Below, piece by piece: positions 24,336-38,296 of a stretch of DNA of 64,000 nt. Both the position numbers and the translations under genes were made by a program. Every line of letters begins with the position of its first letter. The stretch's first letter is position 1. The notes beneath the pieces were generated by a model. The model saw only the letters and a program-made list of their open reading frames with translations, was not told where the DNA came from and searched no databases. Source of the stretch: Phoronis australis (lineage: Eukaryota > Animalia > Phoronida). The DNA lies in assembly GCA_002633005.1 (NCBI GenBank), contig NMRA01000115.1:575247-639246 (forward strand). Reading direction: 5' to 3'.

Positions 24336-27300
24336 TTTTCTTGCGGCGAGACAGCTACCCTGGTGTCTTGGAGTTGGCTCTCTGGTCAAGTGAGGATGAG
24401 CTTCGAAGGAACGTAAGAACATGTTGTGGAAATTGAAGACATTCATGAGGCCACTAAAATCAGGTTGGCAAAGAATCAGTGGCGGATTTTGAGGAGGTCA
24501 AAAGGGCCATGCTCCCCCCCCCCCNCCCCCATAAAATTCTACGAGCTTTACTAAATAAGTGACAACAACTAAAATTATTTAAAAATTCCACACTAGAGTT
24601 GTGAATGGCTTTTTGTGTTTATGTACGGATCTAGGATTTACTAGATGGCGTGCTCCGAAGTCTATGTAAGACTAATGAAACGTCGGGTTGGATTTGCATT
24701 AGGGCAATGAGAATGCATGACCAACGGATAATTGGATATCTGTCATGCGTGGCGTTAGGACAATTTATTGATCGATGTCATCATAATGTACATGTAGGCT
24801 ATAGGGTAAAGATTTTAGTCTGAATTCACGATTTTGATGAAATCGGGCCTTAAACACTCTTAAGGATGCAACAATGTAAATGAATTATTTGTCGGGGTAT
24901 ACAAATGTCAAGGATACGTAATTTTCGAAAAACGATTAAAATTCGTGGTCATTACTTTATGAAATTGAACCGATTTCATCTTGAGGCGATAGAGTAAAAT
25001 AATGCTGTGACCTAGAGGAGTTTGCACGAATGTTGTTGCTCAAAGGAACAAAGTGCCCGCATAAAATTGCACCAAACTAATGGAAAATGGGAGTCTAAAA
25101 TCGATTAAGAATCACGTGTTTCTATTAATATAGTTGGGACAATGATCCGTAGCAAGTAGAGAAGACGATAGGTAATGCGTGTCAGTGGTGTAATTTAACA
25201 ATTTCCATGTTATCGTAGACTTGTATTCTACTTTGAACGATAATGAGCTGAATACTATCGAAACCGTGATTATTACAAAACTGTACATTGCTTCTGCATG
25301 TACACTGTATGTCAAAAATGTAGAAGGACATTTTAAAGGACACGCCGGTTTTTGACGTCTGAGATCATTGATTCATATGCGATTGACTTCTCAGTGGAGT
25401 TTTTGTCTTCAGAGTTATAAACAACAAGATCCGTTGAGTTTTTGTAATTTCATTACTTATCGCCAATTTTCACCCTTGGTTGCTAGTCATTCGCTGAAAT
25501 CAAGCTCGATAACTTTACCAGTGAGTTACAACGACGAGACCCGCCATCCGTCCAAGAGGCATAGTTAGGGCTAAGGCCAATTAAGCCAGTAAATTGGTCT
25601 CAACTGACAGTTCCTTATTCTTTAAGGATATAAAACAAATACATGTACTTGTTTTGAACGGAACTTGCAGTGATTGGGCGCACAATTACCATGATATTAT
25701 TATAAAAAGGGTAGAAGGGAGTACAACTGAATGGAATTTCACACAGTCGCTCATTCACACATATAGTCGCTCGAGTTGCACAACTAAATGTTTATTGTCT
25801 ACTTCAAAACAATTATCAATGATATTATAGTAAGACGAGTGGTTGAAACAGCATTACTCGACGAATGGAAAAAGAATTTTGTTTATTCACTTTAAAGACG
25901 AGACGTGGTTTCTGGATTTGGAAAGAACTGACAATTGGTTATTGCTTGACATCATGATTGGCGCATACTTGGGTCCGGGGTCTAAACTCTAAACTCGAGA
26001 CCCAGCTCGAAAATTGACCAATTACATCACGACTCCACGTGTTTCGAATTTTGTTTTCGAGTAATAGAGCGTGATGGTTAATTTTCGAGTGTCAATTCTT
26101 ATTTTTCAGATCTCACCCTGGGCCCTGGTCTCAAGCAATAACGAATTGACTGTTCTTTTATAACCCTAAAAAATTGCAAAAATAGTGAACAATTATTTTC
26201 ACCCTAGCCAATGTTTAATAAAACTGAAACAAAATGTCCCGAAAAAGTATTTCGGTAGAGACAATTGAATTGTTCGTGAGTGCAAATGATTTGAGAAACC
26301 AACAGTTAATAAATGATACTGCGTCACCGGCTTCAAGTGCAATAAGAACAATTCCAATTTATCACCGAACGGACCCTAACGTCGCGCAACCGACCTCGCT
26401 AAGTTGGTCTACCGAACTTTGTAGGCTACGGTACCGTCAAAATTTCTATGAATCAATAAAAGAACTCGCTTATTTAAAACGCAACTTATTTTCACGGGTT
26501 TTGCATGGAATTTTGATGATTTATCGGAGTAGAGCCATGAAGTCAAGCGATCAGGTGACACCAGTAAGCGTGTTGTGAACTGCTGAACAGACTGTTAGAA
26601 CCTATGACGTTATCGATTGATTTCAGCACCTCCGTCTATCGTCTGGTGTCAGGTAAAAGACCTGATCTCGCTGATAGCGAGTGGAACTATCTGATTTAAA
26701 ATGATGCAAATTACGTTGCTTTTTTGGTGACACTCTCTTTAAATGTAAGAAATCATAAGTTGTAAAAACACACCAAATGCAGTTTTGAAAATTTTAACAG
26801 ATATCAAAAGTCGCACAAATATTGTATGCAACAGAGAGATTGGAGGAGAATGCAGAGAAAGGGGGGGGGGGAGAGAGAAAGAGTTTCCATTCAAATACAA
26901 CACTTTCCGACCTAATGGTCGGGGAAAAGACGTGACGACTTCGCTCTAAGTCAACTTCTTCTCCGGTGGTAAATATAGAGAAGAGCTTATGGGAAGTTCC
27001 TCAACCTTCTCAGCGCGATTGCGTTCGCATTCATAGTTCGCTTCTGGGAGTGTACATCCTATGATTTACATTATAAAGATATTTGGAAAGAATCTGATTA
27101 CACTGCTTCAACCATGCTGACTTCCCTTCTTGTTCGGGCATTCTCTTGAATGTTCAGTGGCGCAGTTCCTCATTGAAGTTCTCCAAATAGTACAGGTCCA
27201 TGATGTACACCACTGCAGCATCGTCGAAAGTTACTTGCACATTCTTGATACACAGTATGGAAAGTATTAATAACTGGTCTCGAGCAATGACGACGTTCCA

Positions 27301-27497
27301 GTTCAGTTTCCAAGTCCAAAAATCAGCTCTATTTGAATAAGGACAACTTGAGACTTCTTGGATAAAGACAAGTGCTCTAAATCTTTTTGGGTACAGAAGA
27401 CAACTTGATAACATCTTTCTCTTTATCTCATGTAAGTCTGAAAAGAGCATATATAATGTTGCTAAGTTCACGTTGAACTTGAAGGAATCGACTCCAG

Positions 27498-27898
27498 GGC
27501 CCGGTCTCCAATCTTTTTACTCGAAATGGAACTCGAAATTAGGTTTGGCATTTTCTACTCTATTTTTGGCCGAACTCAAAATAAGTGTCTATTATTCTAT
27601 GCTCGAGTGCACAATAACTTATGTAGATAATTTATTGCCCTTAGTTCACAGTTTGTAAACCCATTATTAAAGCAATAAGTTCGAGTTTGAACTCGAAATT
27701 TCGAGTTTTTACTCGAGTTTGTAGCACGAATATAAGGGTCTTCAAGGGCAAACTTGAACTAGAAACTCCTATGCGTAAACTATAATGTATTCGAGCACAG
27801 TCTGATAATCAATTATCTTAAGTTCGCACAAAAGGAACAGAGAAATTGCCAAAAATAGTTTCGAGTTCGTTTCGAGTACAAAGATTAGAGACCGGTCC
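27498..27898. mobile_element. PIF/Harbinger-like MITE with long imperfect TIRs
   Basis: GGCCCGGTCTCCAATCTTTTTACTCGAAA...TTTCGAGTACAAAGATTAGAGACCGGTCC; CAG duplicated at 27495-27497 and 27899-27901. Confidence 0.85.
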
Positions 27899-30800
27899 CA
27901 GGATTACAGTCTCCGAGATACATCGTAGAAAATAATGAGATGGACAAGTTAGCGGATATCCATAGGTAGATGTGGTACACGAGTTTAAAACTTTCGAAGT
28001 GCCATTTTCATATAGAACCTTCTCATTGAATCTATTGTTGGGATGAAACTCCAACCTTAAACTTCCTTAGTTGCTGACCTTTTCATTTTCGCTTTGGGGA
28101 TCTCAGGTTGGGCTGCCGAGGGATGCAACTCCTCAGGAGGCGTCATACGACCCCCCTTCGACCGTCCCGAGTTGCAAGCATGGAAGTCGTGTATTATGAT
28201 GTATTGTGTCATTTGGACCACAAAATTCGATCTTCCAACCTATTACGTGGCTACCTAATTTTCAATGTCAAGAAGACCGATGTTGATCTTAAATTTCGTT
28301 TTCAGAAATTTCCTCAAACGAAGGTAAGACAAATTGGTTATAACCTAAATGGTTTTATAATATGAGCACTCGCAGATGTACTTGCGACTTAGCCGAGAAT
28401 GTTTTGAGGATTTTGAAAGGCGTATTTAAGGTTATGTAGGACCTGTGTGTTTAGCCAAACATCTTCAAAACTATTAATTTTAACTCAGTCTGTAAAATTA
28501 TATATTTTCTGAAAGCGGGAAGCCTTTGAAATTCGATTTTTGACTAACTATTCACCAAAGTGGCTTCGGCTAAGTGGCCATGACTTTTTACCAAAATTTA
28601 TTTTAAAAATTGTGTTGATAGCAAAACAGTGTTGATAGCAAAAAATAACAACAGCATGGCTAAATTTCGTTGAATATAAATATTGCAACAACGAAATCTC
28701 AAAAACACTGTTACAGTTTTATAAATTATCATTTCTTTCTTTGCAATGCTGAAATTTTTTTCTTGAAAATCATGAAAGTGCTATTTTTATAACCCCTTAT
28801 GCAAAAATAGAGCATTTTAATAACAATTGGGAACACACTCGCGGAGATAAGTGCACAAAACATAGTATCTGAAAGTTGCAGTTGAACCGTATCAGTCATG
28901 TCTGAGATGTGATGTTCCAAATTTAGCCAAATATGTACATTTTTCTTGAGTCCTAAAACGGCTTAAAACGCAATTTTACTCATTCAGCGCATCAACCGGA
29001 TAACGATTACTTTAGTCGATTCCGTCCCGATTCCTGACAGCCTTGAAAAAGTGCCGTTCCCGCTTACGCGCTGATTTATTCAATCAAACAAAATGTTTGA
29101 AGAGAATAATAAATTGAACTCAATAAGTGTACGCCATCAGGCTTATCGTAAGAGAACTTTGGTTTGCCCTAGATTCAGCAGTGTTCCAAATCAGTGCCCC
29201 GGTGGTCGAGTGTTTTATATACTTCGATAAACGAGTTAGCAGTCCAGCTGTATTACTTTAATGTTTAATACCAATAACAGGTAGGTCAATATTCCGGGTG
29301 CTCTCTAATTGGTGGTTTCTGGGTAAAGCAGCTGGCATCACTATGCAGTTTGGCTGGTTATTTCACTAGATAGTTTATGATGTCCAGAACCATTTTACGT
29401 AGGTTCACCAAAGATGAGTCACATTCAAACCATGCTTTATAATTAGGTAACTGGCTAATGTTTTGTTTTCGAATATTACCATCTCGCATAAATTGTCTGC
29501 AGTGGGGATTGGTATGGGTTGCATCCAGGACTTCTCATTGTCCCCGTCATTTGAGAGGGGCAGTTTTGAGTTCAGCATGGACAGATACACGAGTCCATGT
29601 ACATGTAGTCCAAATGTCCACATCAATTCAGAGTGCGCTGCATGGATGCTGGACAATTTACCGTGTCTTCATTCGATAATGTATAATCTCACCAATTGGA
29701 ATGAGAGATTGTCACGTTGGGGGAAGACCTATATTTTCACCTTCTTGGAACTAGTTTTCCACTACGTCGCATGAGTATCTCTGCCAATCTAAGAAACGGC
29801 GGTATGTCTGGCACCTTCTTTACGAAGTCCCCATTTCTCACAAAGAGCCTCCATTTAGGTTTTGAAAAACAATGCCTCGCGTGCCTCGTTATATTAAGGC
29901 CTATGTCTCATTTGCATTGTTTTTTGGTTCGTTTTTTAACCTAAAAAGAGGCTTTTTAAATGACGACTACACGAATAAGGTCTATGCAGGCCTCCACATT
30001 GATGCAGCGTCACCGAACTGTGACGGAGACTCAGCGACATTCTTGCAAGCATTTCACGCCGTAACTATCGGCGGAAAAACTGCTTCATAATCACAGAGCG
30101 CACCACAAGACCCGTTGTGCTCCGATACCGAGTTCTTCAAACAGTGTGCACAACATACATGTAGCAACTGCTCATGAAGCCAGTCCCCTATCAGGTGACG
30201 CAGTCCATTGTCAAAGGTAGGCACATTTTCAAGTGAAGACGTGGCAAATTACTCACTGCCCATACCCGAGCTTCCAGGGCCCTCTGAAATGGGGATGGAC
30301 ATCTGGTAAATCAAGACGGCAGCCCACACTGATGACACAAGAATAGCAATGTTCAAGGCAATGTCTCAAGATGCCAGGCAGCCTGCGGCCTAAGACCCGG
30401 CGCAGTTCGAGAGGCATTCTGACGTTATCACTGGTCGGGGTCAATGCACCCCGTCTCAAGGAACCTGAGAAAGGCATAATTCAGTAACAGAAATTACACT
30501 CTATGAGGTTTCTCAGAGATAAAGAAATTAGAGCCATTTCTTTTTATCTTGTGTTCACCGGAAGATTGGGATGCCAAAAATGACCAAAAAGTGCGATTTC
30601 GGTCATTTTTACCTAAATCACACATTCACGACTTCCCCGGTGCAAGAGAAGATATCAAAGTCCGGATCCTATTTCATTCTAGATTCCATAAATTCAAGTT
30701 AAAATATGTCATTACTAACCATATTCTTGACAATTTCCACTTGTCTAAAGGGTACCTGGATTCGCGCCAAGAATTCAGCACTCAACAAGGATGTGCTCTG

Positions 30801-32955
30801 TAAATGGCGGCACCTCCGTATCAGAAAATAGACAAGAGCAGAGGCCTACTTCAAAGAACTACTAACTACTATTTGTGGCAATCACTTCCCATTCAGTCCA
30901 CAAAACTGACGTCAAACCTGACCCGCAAAAATTTTATTCATTTTTGGGAGCTGTAAAGGCCCCGCGAACCGTGGTCTCAGACCCGTTCATTTCCAGAAAA
31001 AACGCAGCACTTCAAACGCAGTATTAACATGTTCCTCATTCATATTGTGTGCCCACTACTTAAAACTGAGCATCTTGATAGGAAGAAGGTAGACTTAATA
31101 CTTCCCTACGCAAAAAGCGCAGATTCCTTAGTACACCCTAAATATAATAGCCGGATTAAAATTCTACATTTTTCTCACTTCTTTGCTGTTTAAATCTGAT
31201 AATCATGAAGAAAAATTAACTTCGTCAAACGTTTAGTGGGTCAAACATGTCAATACCATGATGTCGAGGTCCGCCCACGTGATTATTCAAAATTAAATCG
31301 GTATTAAACCTGTGCTTTCCGATAGAAAGTTTTGATATAAGCCACTTTTCTTTATCAAAACCAGCCGGGCATCAAATTGTCCCTTAGTCAAAATAGTACT
31401 GAAGAACTGACTGGTTCGTTATTTGAAACGGAGGTGGTCACAGCGTTTATCGAATATGAGCTTGGTTTATCACTCATTCTCAAGCCAAAAGATGTTTTAA
31501 ATTCGAGCCATAACGTAGAATTGTTGTGAGGACATGACAGGGACCTCAGGGGTCTCACACTCCGCTGATTTATTCACATTGAAAACGCATTTCCCAGTCA
31601 CACCGGTGTGTCATAAAAGAGACGGGATAAGCATACCTGCAGCTGACGTCAGTGGCAAGTAGAACTATAACTCTCGTTTGTCACATTGGTGTAGACTCAC
31701 AGTTGAACTGTTGTTTTCTGTTGACCCCAGACCGTCCGGAGTTGCACCATATACCCACTCCGGACGGTCTCTCACGACGACTTAGCGTTATGGTTAGTGA
31801 ACTAGACAAGACCAATCTGGAATATTTTAACGTTGAAGGTCTTTGAGCATTTTGGTCGACTGCTATAGAAGGAAATTAGTAAAAATGGCAATCTCTTCGA
31901 AATTGTGATCCTGTCGGCAAGTAGTACAATGCAAAAATGTAAACTGACAACGCTTCTTGTTTGAATTACGTACAGTCACGCAATTTAATGGAGTCAAAAT
32001 TTTTATCTTTTACGAAACAGCGCAAGAGCGCCAGCTTCTAAAAAACGAAACAACACAAAATCGAAAGTTTTCATCACAAAGCCATCATTCGCATGCAGTT
32101 ACTAAGAACAGATCACAGTGCATTTAGACTACCTGAAAGTACCTGAATTTCCTGCTGAATGCCAACTTCTAGCTTGCAAGCAATAAAAGTCTAAGAAAAG
32201 CAGGACACTGCGACAAAAGTAGGTCAAGGGGTCAACAGCTGAACTCTTTCACTTGGAACAGACTTAATATTCAACCAAATGGCATTCACCTGCGTTTAAA
32301 AAACGCACAGTGCCTAGTCAGTCCAGCAGGCGCCGATTTTTATGAAATTGGGGTTAAGTAAATTCAATCGTGACTCAAAAACTATTGAGCGCACTCTTTA
32401 AGAAAAACGAGGCCTGCATAAGAGAAAATGGGCCAAGGTAACATACGCGCATATAAAAATATGTAACGAGTGAAAATGTATGGTTTATGTACGACATATG
32501 TCCCGTAATTGAATGAGTGCAACACAAGCCGTTTTCAGAGATAAAAAGCAGAATGGGGGTAGGCGAAAGAGGTCGTTTGTTGTTGCAGGGGTAAACGTAT
32601 AAAACGAAACAGTGTTAACAAAAGTGTTAACAATTAGAAAAATCATATTAATCTCTAGAAAAGTGGGCAATAAAAACGCTACAAGATGTGTATGGGGAGA
32701 ACTTCAGTTGTTCTTGGGAAGGACTGACTTCTGAATTTCTTTGATACTAACCTTCGAACTCGGCATTTTCAAACCAATTGTTGGCAGTCACCAACTTAGC
32801 GGACTTTTAGCTTAGACTTCGAATTCAATACGTCAGTGTGCAAAACACATTCTGTGAGATAGAACTGCGATTATCCTTATGTTTGACAGTTTCAGGTCTC
32901 GTTACCACACGTAGAGAGGATCAGTGGTGGTCGATTAAGTCTACTGTCAAGAAAT

Positions 32956-34158
32956 ATGGTCTGTCGCCAATGCAGAAACACAAATTCAAAGATCGGGCTT
33001 GCGGTTGTAGTCAGTTTCCTGTTTTGCAGTCTCACATACTTGTTCGTGAACCAACGCAGAAATCTCTGCCTTTATCTTGAAGATCGGCTGCATCCTAAGG
33101 ATAATGGGGTAAATTCAATGAAAGGGTGCATGGATCGTCACTTGCTAACGTCGACCAATAAAACAAGTTTGGCTCTTGGGAGTCCAGATAAAACACCGAC
33201 CAAGGTTTCTATGAAAGGGAAGGCTTCAGTTCGTGGCGTCGAAATACACAGAAAAAGAAAGACAACTTTCAAAAAACAGTCGCTAGAAAACTTAAAACGT
33301 ACATCATACAACGAGAGTAGTTTCAACGATACCTTTTGTGGTCCAAACAACAACTACTGTAAAGAAAAGGTGCTGATTCTTACACCAATTAAAAACTCGT
33401 ACCGTCACCTGAATAATTACGTCAATCTCATTACGTCATTAAATTACCCACACTCATTGATTTCTGTTGTCCTTGGCGAGGATTCAAGCACAGATGGAAC
33501 TTATGAAAAGGCAACAAATCTCATGAGAACTAGTTTCACCGACTTCCGAAATGCCGTTGTGTTGCCAATATCCAATTCTGTTCCAATTAAGATCTCCTTA
33601 GAGAGTTGGGCAGAAATCCATAAAAAGGAAAACCAGTTCCTGAGACGGCAACATTTGGCAAAATCTAGGAACGGTTTGTTAATGAGCACCCTAGAAGATC
33701 AAGATTGGGTGCTGTGGATTGATTCGGACGTTAGGTGGTTTCCAGCGAATATCATCCAGGGCTTGATTTATGCCAAAAAGCAAATTGTAGTGCCAAGTTG
33801 TTTGTATAGAAAAAAGGACGGAACAACGGACGTTTATGATAGGAATACGTGGCGAGAAACAACACAATCTGTTCGGTACCAACAATCTCTTCCTAAGGAA
33901 AGCCTGGTATTGGAAGGATATGATAAGCGAAACCGGCGATTGTTTCTACCGCAACTTAAACCCGAGGGCGAAGTAGTACCGATTGATGGAGTCGGTGGCT
34001 GTGTGCTGCTTGTGCGCGCCGATTTACATCGAAGCGGACTGGTGTTTCCGCCGTTCGTCTTTGAACATCATATCGAGACTGAGGGTCTGGCCAAAATGGC
34101 AGCCGCAATGGGAGTAAAACCGCATGGTATGCCATGGGTGGAAGTTTTCCACCTGTGA
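32956..34158 (+). CDS. Anp1/Mnn9/Van1-family (GT62-like) type II membrane glycosyltransferase, 400 aa, intronless CDS
   Basis: Short N-tail and TM (IGLAVVVSFLFCSLTYLFV), a stem, then KVLILTP...LNYPHSLIS, RRQHLAKSRNGLL, WVLWIDSDV (DxD), YDRNTW, PIDGVGGCVLLVRADLHRSGLVFP and HIETEGLAKMA, the hallmark motifs of the Anp1 family. A likely 5'UTR acceptor ends at 32895. Confidence 0.9.
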   Translation: MVCRQCRNTNSKIGLAVVVSFLFCSLTYLFVNQRRNLCLYLEDRLHPKDNGVNSMKGCMDRHLLTSTNKTSLALGSPDKTPTKVSMKGKASVRGVEIHRKRKTTFKKQSLENLKRTSYNESSFNDTFCGPNNNYCKEKVLILTPIKNSYRHLNNYVNLITSLNYPHSLISVVLGEDSSTDGTYEKATNLMRTSFTDFRNAVVLPISNSVPIKISLESWAEIHKKENQFLRRQHLAKSRNGLLMSTLEDQDWVLWIDSDVRWFPANIIQGLIYAKKQIVVPSCLYRKKDGTTDVYDRNTWRETTQSVRYQQSLPKESLVLEGYDKRNRRLFLPQLKPEGEVVPIDGVGGCVLLVRADLHRSGLVFPPFVFEHHIETEGLAKMAAAMGVKPHGMPWVEVFHL

Positions 34159-36430
34159 ATGAATCTTGCTGTCGAAAATCCCTGTTGAGAACGCATTCGG
34201 ATGAAATACATGCCATGCAGTGAAAACAAGCAATCTCTTGTGAATGTGAGAGCTTTTCAAGCTACAATGTATCGACAGGTTTTCAATGACAGTTCAAAGC
34301 TGTCGTGAGGGATGAAATTTAGATACAACCTGTATGCTGAAAAGTAGTTTACAAGTACGCTGTTGAAAATGATCTTTCCGCTTCTTTGGATATTAACTTC
34401 ATAAAACAAATTTTAACGCAAACCAAGTTAGTTATTCACAAATCATGCCCTTTTAACATGATTTTAATTCCTTCCATATAAGCAGAATTTTATAGACAAT
34501 TCTTCAGTTGAATTTCGCATTTTTGTGGTGCACCAACCAAATGGCGAACACAACTGAAGGCCTCTGAACAAAATTCTATGTAACTACAGGCAACCTGAAC
34601 AACACGGCTCACGCACTCATGACAAAGGCTCACAGACCAGCCTGCAAACTCAATTCACTGACTCCTTAATCATAAAACAGCTAGGGCTTACGCATCCAAA
34701 AAAACATCTCGCTGTCTCACATGACTAAGATTCAATTGCCGGAACTGTGTTTGGGGTACGCAGTGCTTTCTTTTGATCAAGGGTGCAAGCCGTGTTTTGT
34801 AAGCGCGAGGCCGTGTTTGTGAGTTAGTGAACTGAGTTTACAATTTCGTGAGCCATGTTCATGATTTCGGAACTATGTTCACGAAAGCATAAGCCGCGTT
34901 GTTCGTGGTGGTGCACTAAAAAGGGACGTAAATTTCGGATAGTATCGTGGGTAAAAGATCTAGTGAATTGTCGATTTAGCTGGGCGAGGAAAGAAAAAGC
35001 TTGGTAGAGTGGTCTATTCAAATTAGTGTTTCCATTTTGACTCACTGAAAAGCGATTTCATGTGTACTCTGTATCCGTTTGTGGTACATTTGTGCAAACC
35101 CTTTAACTACAGTTTTTATTAGTATTTTTGTATTTTGTTGTCATAATCGTGCTCAAAAGAAGCAAGCTTCCGCATAAAACAACAGCAAACGAATGGATAA
35201 ACATATAGCCGTCTCTAGGATTGACATAAATCCCTTGTTTCAATAAATACAAAAATCCTAGTTGTAACAACTTTGCTATTGTTGTAAGCTTGTGTGCTAC
35301 ATGTTAAAAGTCGTGTTCTTGAAAACGAGGGTACTTTGAAACTAATACAGAATTTGCAAGCTTATTGGTTTCACGCTGAAGTTCACCATTTTAAGTTCGG
35401 GCCGATGCACATATTGAGATTATTGCTGGACGGAAAACAGTGGTTGAGGTTTTTATAAAACAAGAAAATCCGTTGTGTTTTTGGCATTTTATTACAAATT
35501 GTCAATTTTCCGTCTGCTGCCTGTCATTATCTGAAATCATGGGACTTTGACGTTACCAGCTACTATATACCAGTGTTCTCTCCTTGACTGAGGCGCCATC
35601 TAAAACATTCAACACCTGTGGTGGTCTGAGGTTGTTCCTTACTCAAATGATGAGAGTTGAGTTTCCAGGTTAGTCTGTGTAAGGAATTGGGAGTTTGTTA
35701 TTCTTTGAGTGACACGCCGCAAGCTAACTAAGTATCAGTAGAGCATGACTCAAACAATAACGAACAGTCAGCTCTTTCAAAACTCAGAATTGCCTGAAAT
35801 CACTTCTAAATAGACTAAGAAACAATTTGAGACCAATTTCATAACAGTAGGTGATCTTAATCCGAAACGTTGTTTGTCGATCTCGGAAGGCGGCGCTTTA
35901 GGCCTGCAACCGTTTGACGACAGACTCATTGTACGTGCAGGTACGTTAGACGTCAAAGAAAAGAACTTGTTGACCAATTAGGCAATAAAACTGGTCTTAC
36001 AACAAGAAGTTGTTTATGGGCTTGGAAAGTCAAACTGACATCAATTTGTTATTGCTTGAGACCATGCCCGGCGCATCAAGCAACAAACCGCCTACTTTTT
36101 CATAACTCTTGTTTTTGTTAATTAAGATTTTTTCATAAAAAAAATACAAGACCTATGCAACATTTCAAAAGCAATTCCAAAAAAATTGGAGAACAGTGCA
36201 CAAACCATTATGCCAGAATGTTTCACACGAACCCCATCAAGCCATGTCTACGATATAAAGTTCCAAAAGTAAGAACATTTTCAGCCAAGCGAGCTCAAGC
36301 CGATTAATTTGTCCAAAATTCTGCCAGATGTCGCTGAAGTCCCGGAAATGTTCATCGTTCAGCCATGAAAAGATGAAAGATGAGTGAAACGCTTGACAGG
36401 TACAAATCATTAACAGTCTTGGTTCCAATG

Positions 36431-36499
36431 CATGGGCGGCGTAGCAATGAACTAAGAGGGGAGCTATAGCCCTCAGCCCCCTATGGTACGCCGCCCGTG
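36431..36499. mobile_element. 69-bp micro-MITE, copy 2
   Basis: CATGGGCGGCGTA...TACGCCGCCCGTG; homologous to 23915-23983. Confidence 0.7.
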
Positions 36500-37152
36500 C
36501 TATAGACTATAATAGTGTACCGACTAGATGGTGCCAATTGTTTGTTGAAGTTTGGCAATCCTAAATTATACAAATGTGAATTTTTGAACTCGACAAAAAC
36601 TCCTGTTCTGGCTGAGTGCAGGAAGTCAGCTGCAGCCACAGCTAGCAGTGACCACCTAAGGTCAGGAGGCCGGTGATGTCTTTAATTCCTCTAACTTGAA
36701 CAAATATTGTTGTAATCAAACTTTTTTTCGAGCAGTTGAGTTGCCCAAATTGGTAAGTGCCCATTTTTACACGGCACAGGTTCGTATCTTTACCGCGCCC
36801 ACTTGATGCAGGAGCACGTGTACTGTTAAAAATGGCCAATTGTCGATTTGGGCCACTCAGTACTCTTGAAACAAAATATTATTTCATCAACGCAGCTACC
36901 CCTGTGACCATGATGTGACAATTGTGTTATTCATACCTACTGGACTTTGTTTGTGAGGTGCGGATATACTGTACTGTAGTTCCTCTGTAATCATTTATTG
37001 TATAGAGTCACTGATGATGCTTGACTGGATTTGAGGTAAAAGTGAAATGTCTGGTTGTATTTATATATGCATATAATTACACATATGAAACTAATTATTT
37101 AAACTTTTGTCATTTCATTTCTATTCTTCTCTTTCCTTGCAGTCCTCTAGAG

Positions 37153-37189
37153 ATGTCTGCTACTGCTGGTCCTGTTGTTGCACATGACG
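37153..37189 (+). CDS. BAG2: BAG family molecular chaperone regulator 2, coding exon 1
   Basis: Acceptor TTCCTTGCAG (37142), ATG at 37153, MSATAGPVVAHD-G|GTAAG; phase 1 matches the next exon. Confidence 0.7.
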
Positions 37190-38125
37190 GTAAGGCTGAT
37201 TGAAATGACATACTGGGATTTTAAGAGTGAAGTACAGTTTACATCAGGCAAAACTACCTAGGGGGGTGATAAACTCAGTGTCACGGATTTGAACCATATT
37301 ATGCATTTTAGTTACCTTTGGGATGATAAGCAAAACAGAAAAGTCTTAAGTTCATTTTACCTTGTTTATGGGGGAGAAATCAGGGGGCCTCTGTTGTGGG
37401 GGTAAACTAAAAAATGGACTCACCGAGAATGGCTTATTTGCGATGCATAAAAAAGTACTGGTGCACATGTAATGATCAAAAGCAAGTCTTTGACTCCATC
37501 GAGATGTTAAAGAATTAGCTTTAACTGTAACCAGATGATCAGCAAAGTATTTGCAGCAAAACCAGCTGCAGTAATTTTGCTTGGATGTGACCCTCATTAT
37601 AGTGTATGTGCTGATTGCATGCCCTCAGGGGTAGCAACGCCTTAATTCCACATCCTCATTGTTGAGTTTAAGTATATCGAATATTGTTTAAATTATTGAA
37701 AACATAGGTTACGATTGATGTTAAAGAGCCCGTAGTCAAATTGGTGTGAAAGGTCATCCGATAATGCTTGAACATTTTGTGGGTTGTAACATCCAACGAT
37801 AATCCTAGCAAGTGTTTAAAAAACCTCTTATGGTTGTTTATTTTGCTCTTTTTTGTCCATTCTTTGTACTTGAAGTATCAAAGCGCCAACTAATACACCA
37901 TCTTTTGTTCAGTTATGAAACTACTGTAGCATCTTTCCACAATATAAGATTCGAACAATTTTTTGTATCAAAAGTTGGCGTTGTTTGACCTTGAAAATGG
38001 CTGATTGTGGGTGCATTACTCTTGCAGGATATCTTGCATGTAGCAACTCTTCATGTTCGTTTTGAGCTATGTTTACCTCGATACCAGTAAACTAATTGGT
38101 CTGTTACTATTCTATCTCATATTAG

Positions 38126-38296
38126 GTTCCCAGTGTGACGACAAACGAGAGCGACTGCTGACATCTGTGGATAATTTGGAGAAACGCGTTGAGTTACTTA
38201 GGTCGCATGCTTTATCACTGGAAAAAGAGAAAGATGACCTGCTGTGTACCCTTCATAACTTACAGTTTGACCCAGAACTACATGTTATTAGTGAAG
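38126..38296 (+). CDS. BAG2: BAG2 coding exon 2 (coiled-coil region)
   Basis: ATTAG| acceptor; RERLLTSVDNLEKRVELLRSHALSLEKEKDDLL...ISE-G|GT resembles the BAG2 N-terminal coiled coil. Confidence 0.88.

Noticed and set aside
24514-24530. Poly-C run containing an N
   Set aside because: Homopolymer sequencing ambiguity inside a MITE end.
38053-38125. Hydrophobic N-terminus of ORF 38053-38358 resembling a signal peptide
   Set aside because: It is translated intron upstream of the BAG2 exon 2 acceptor.
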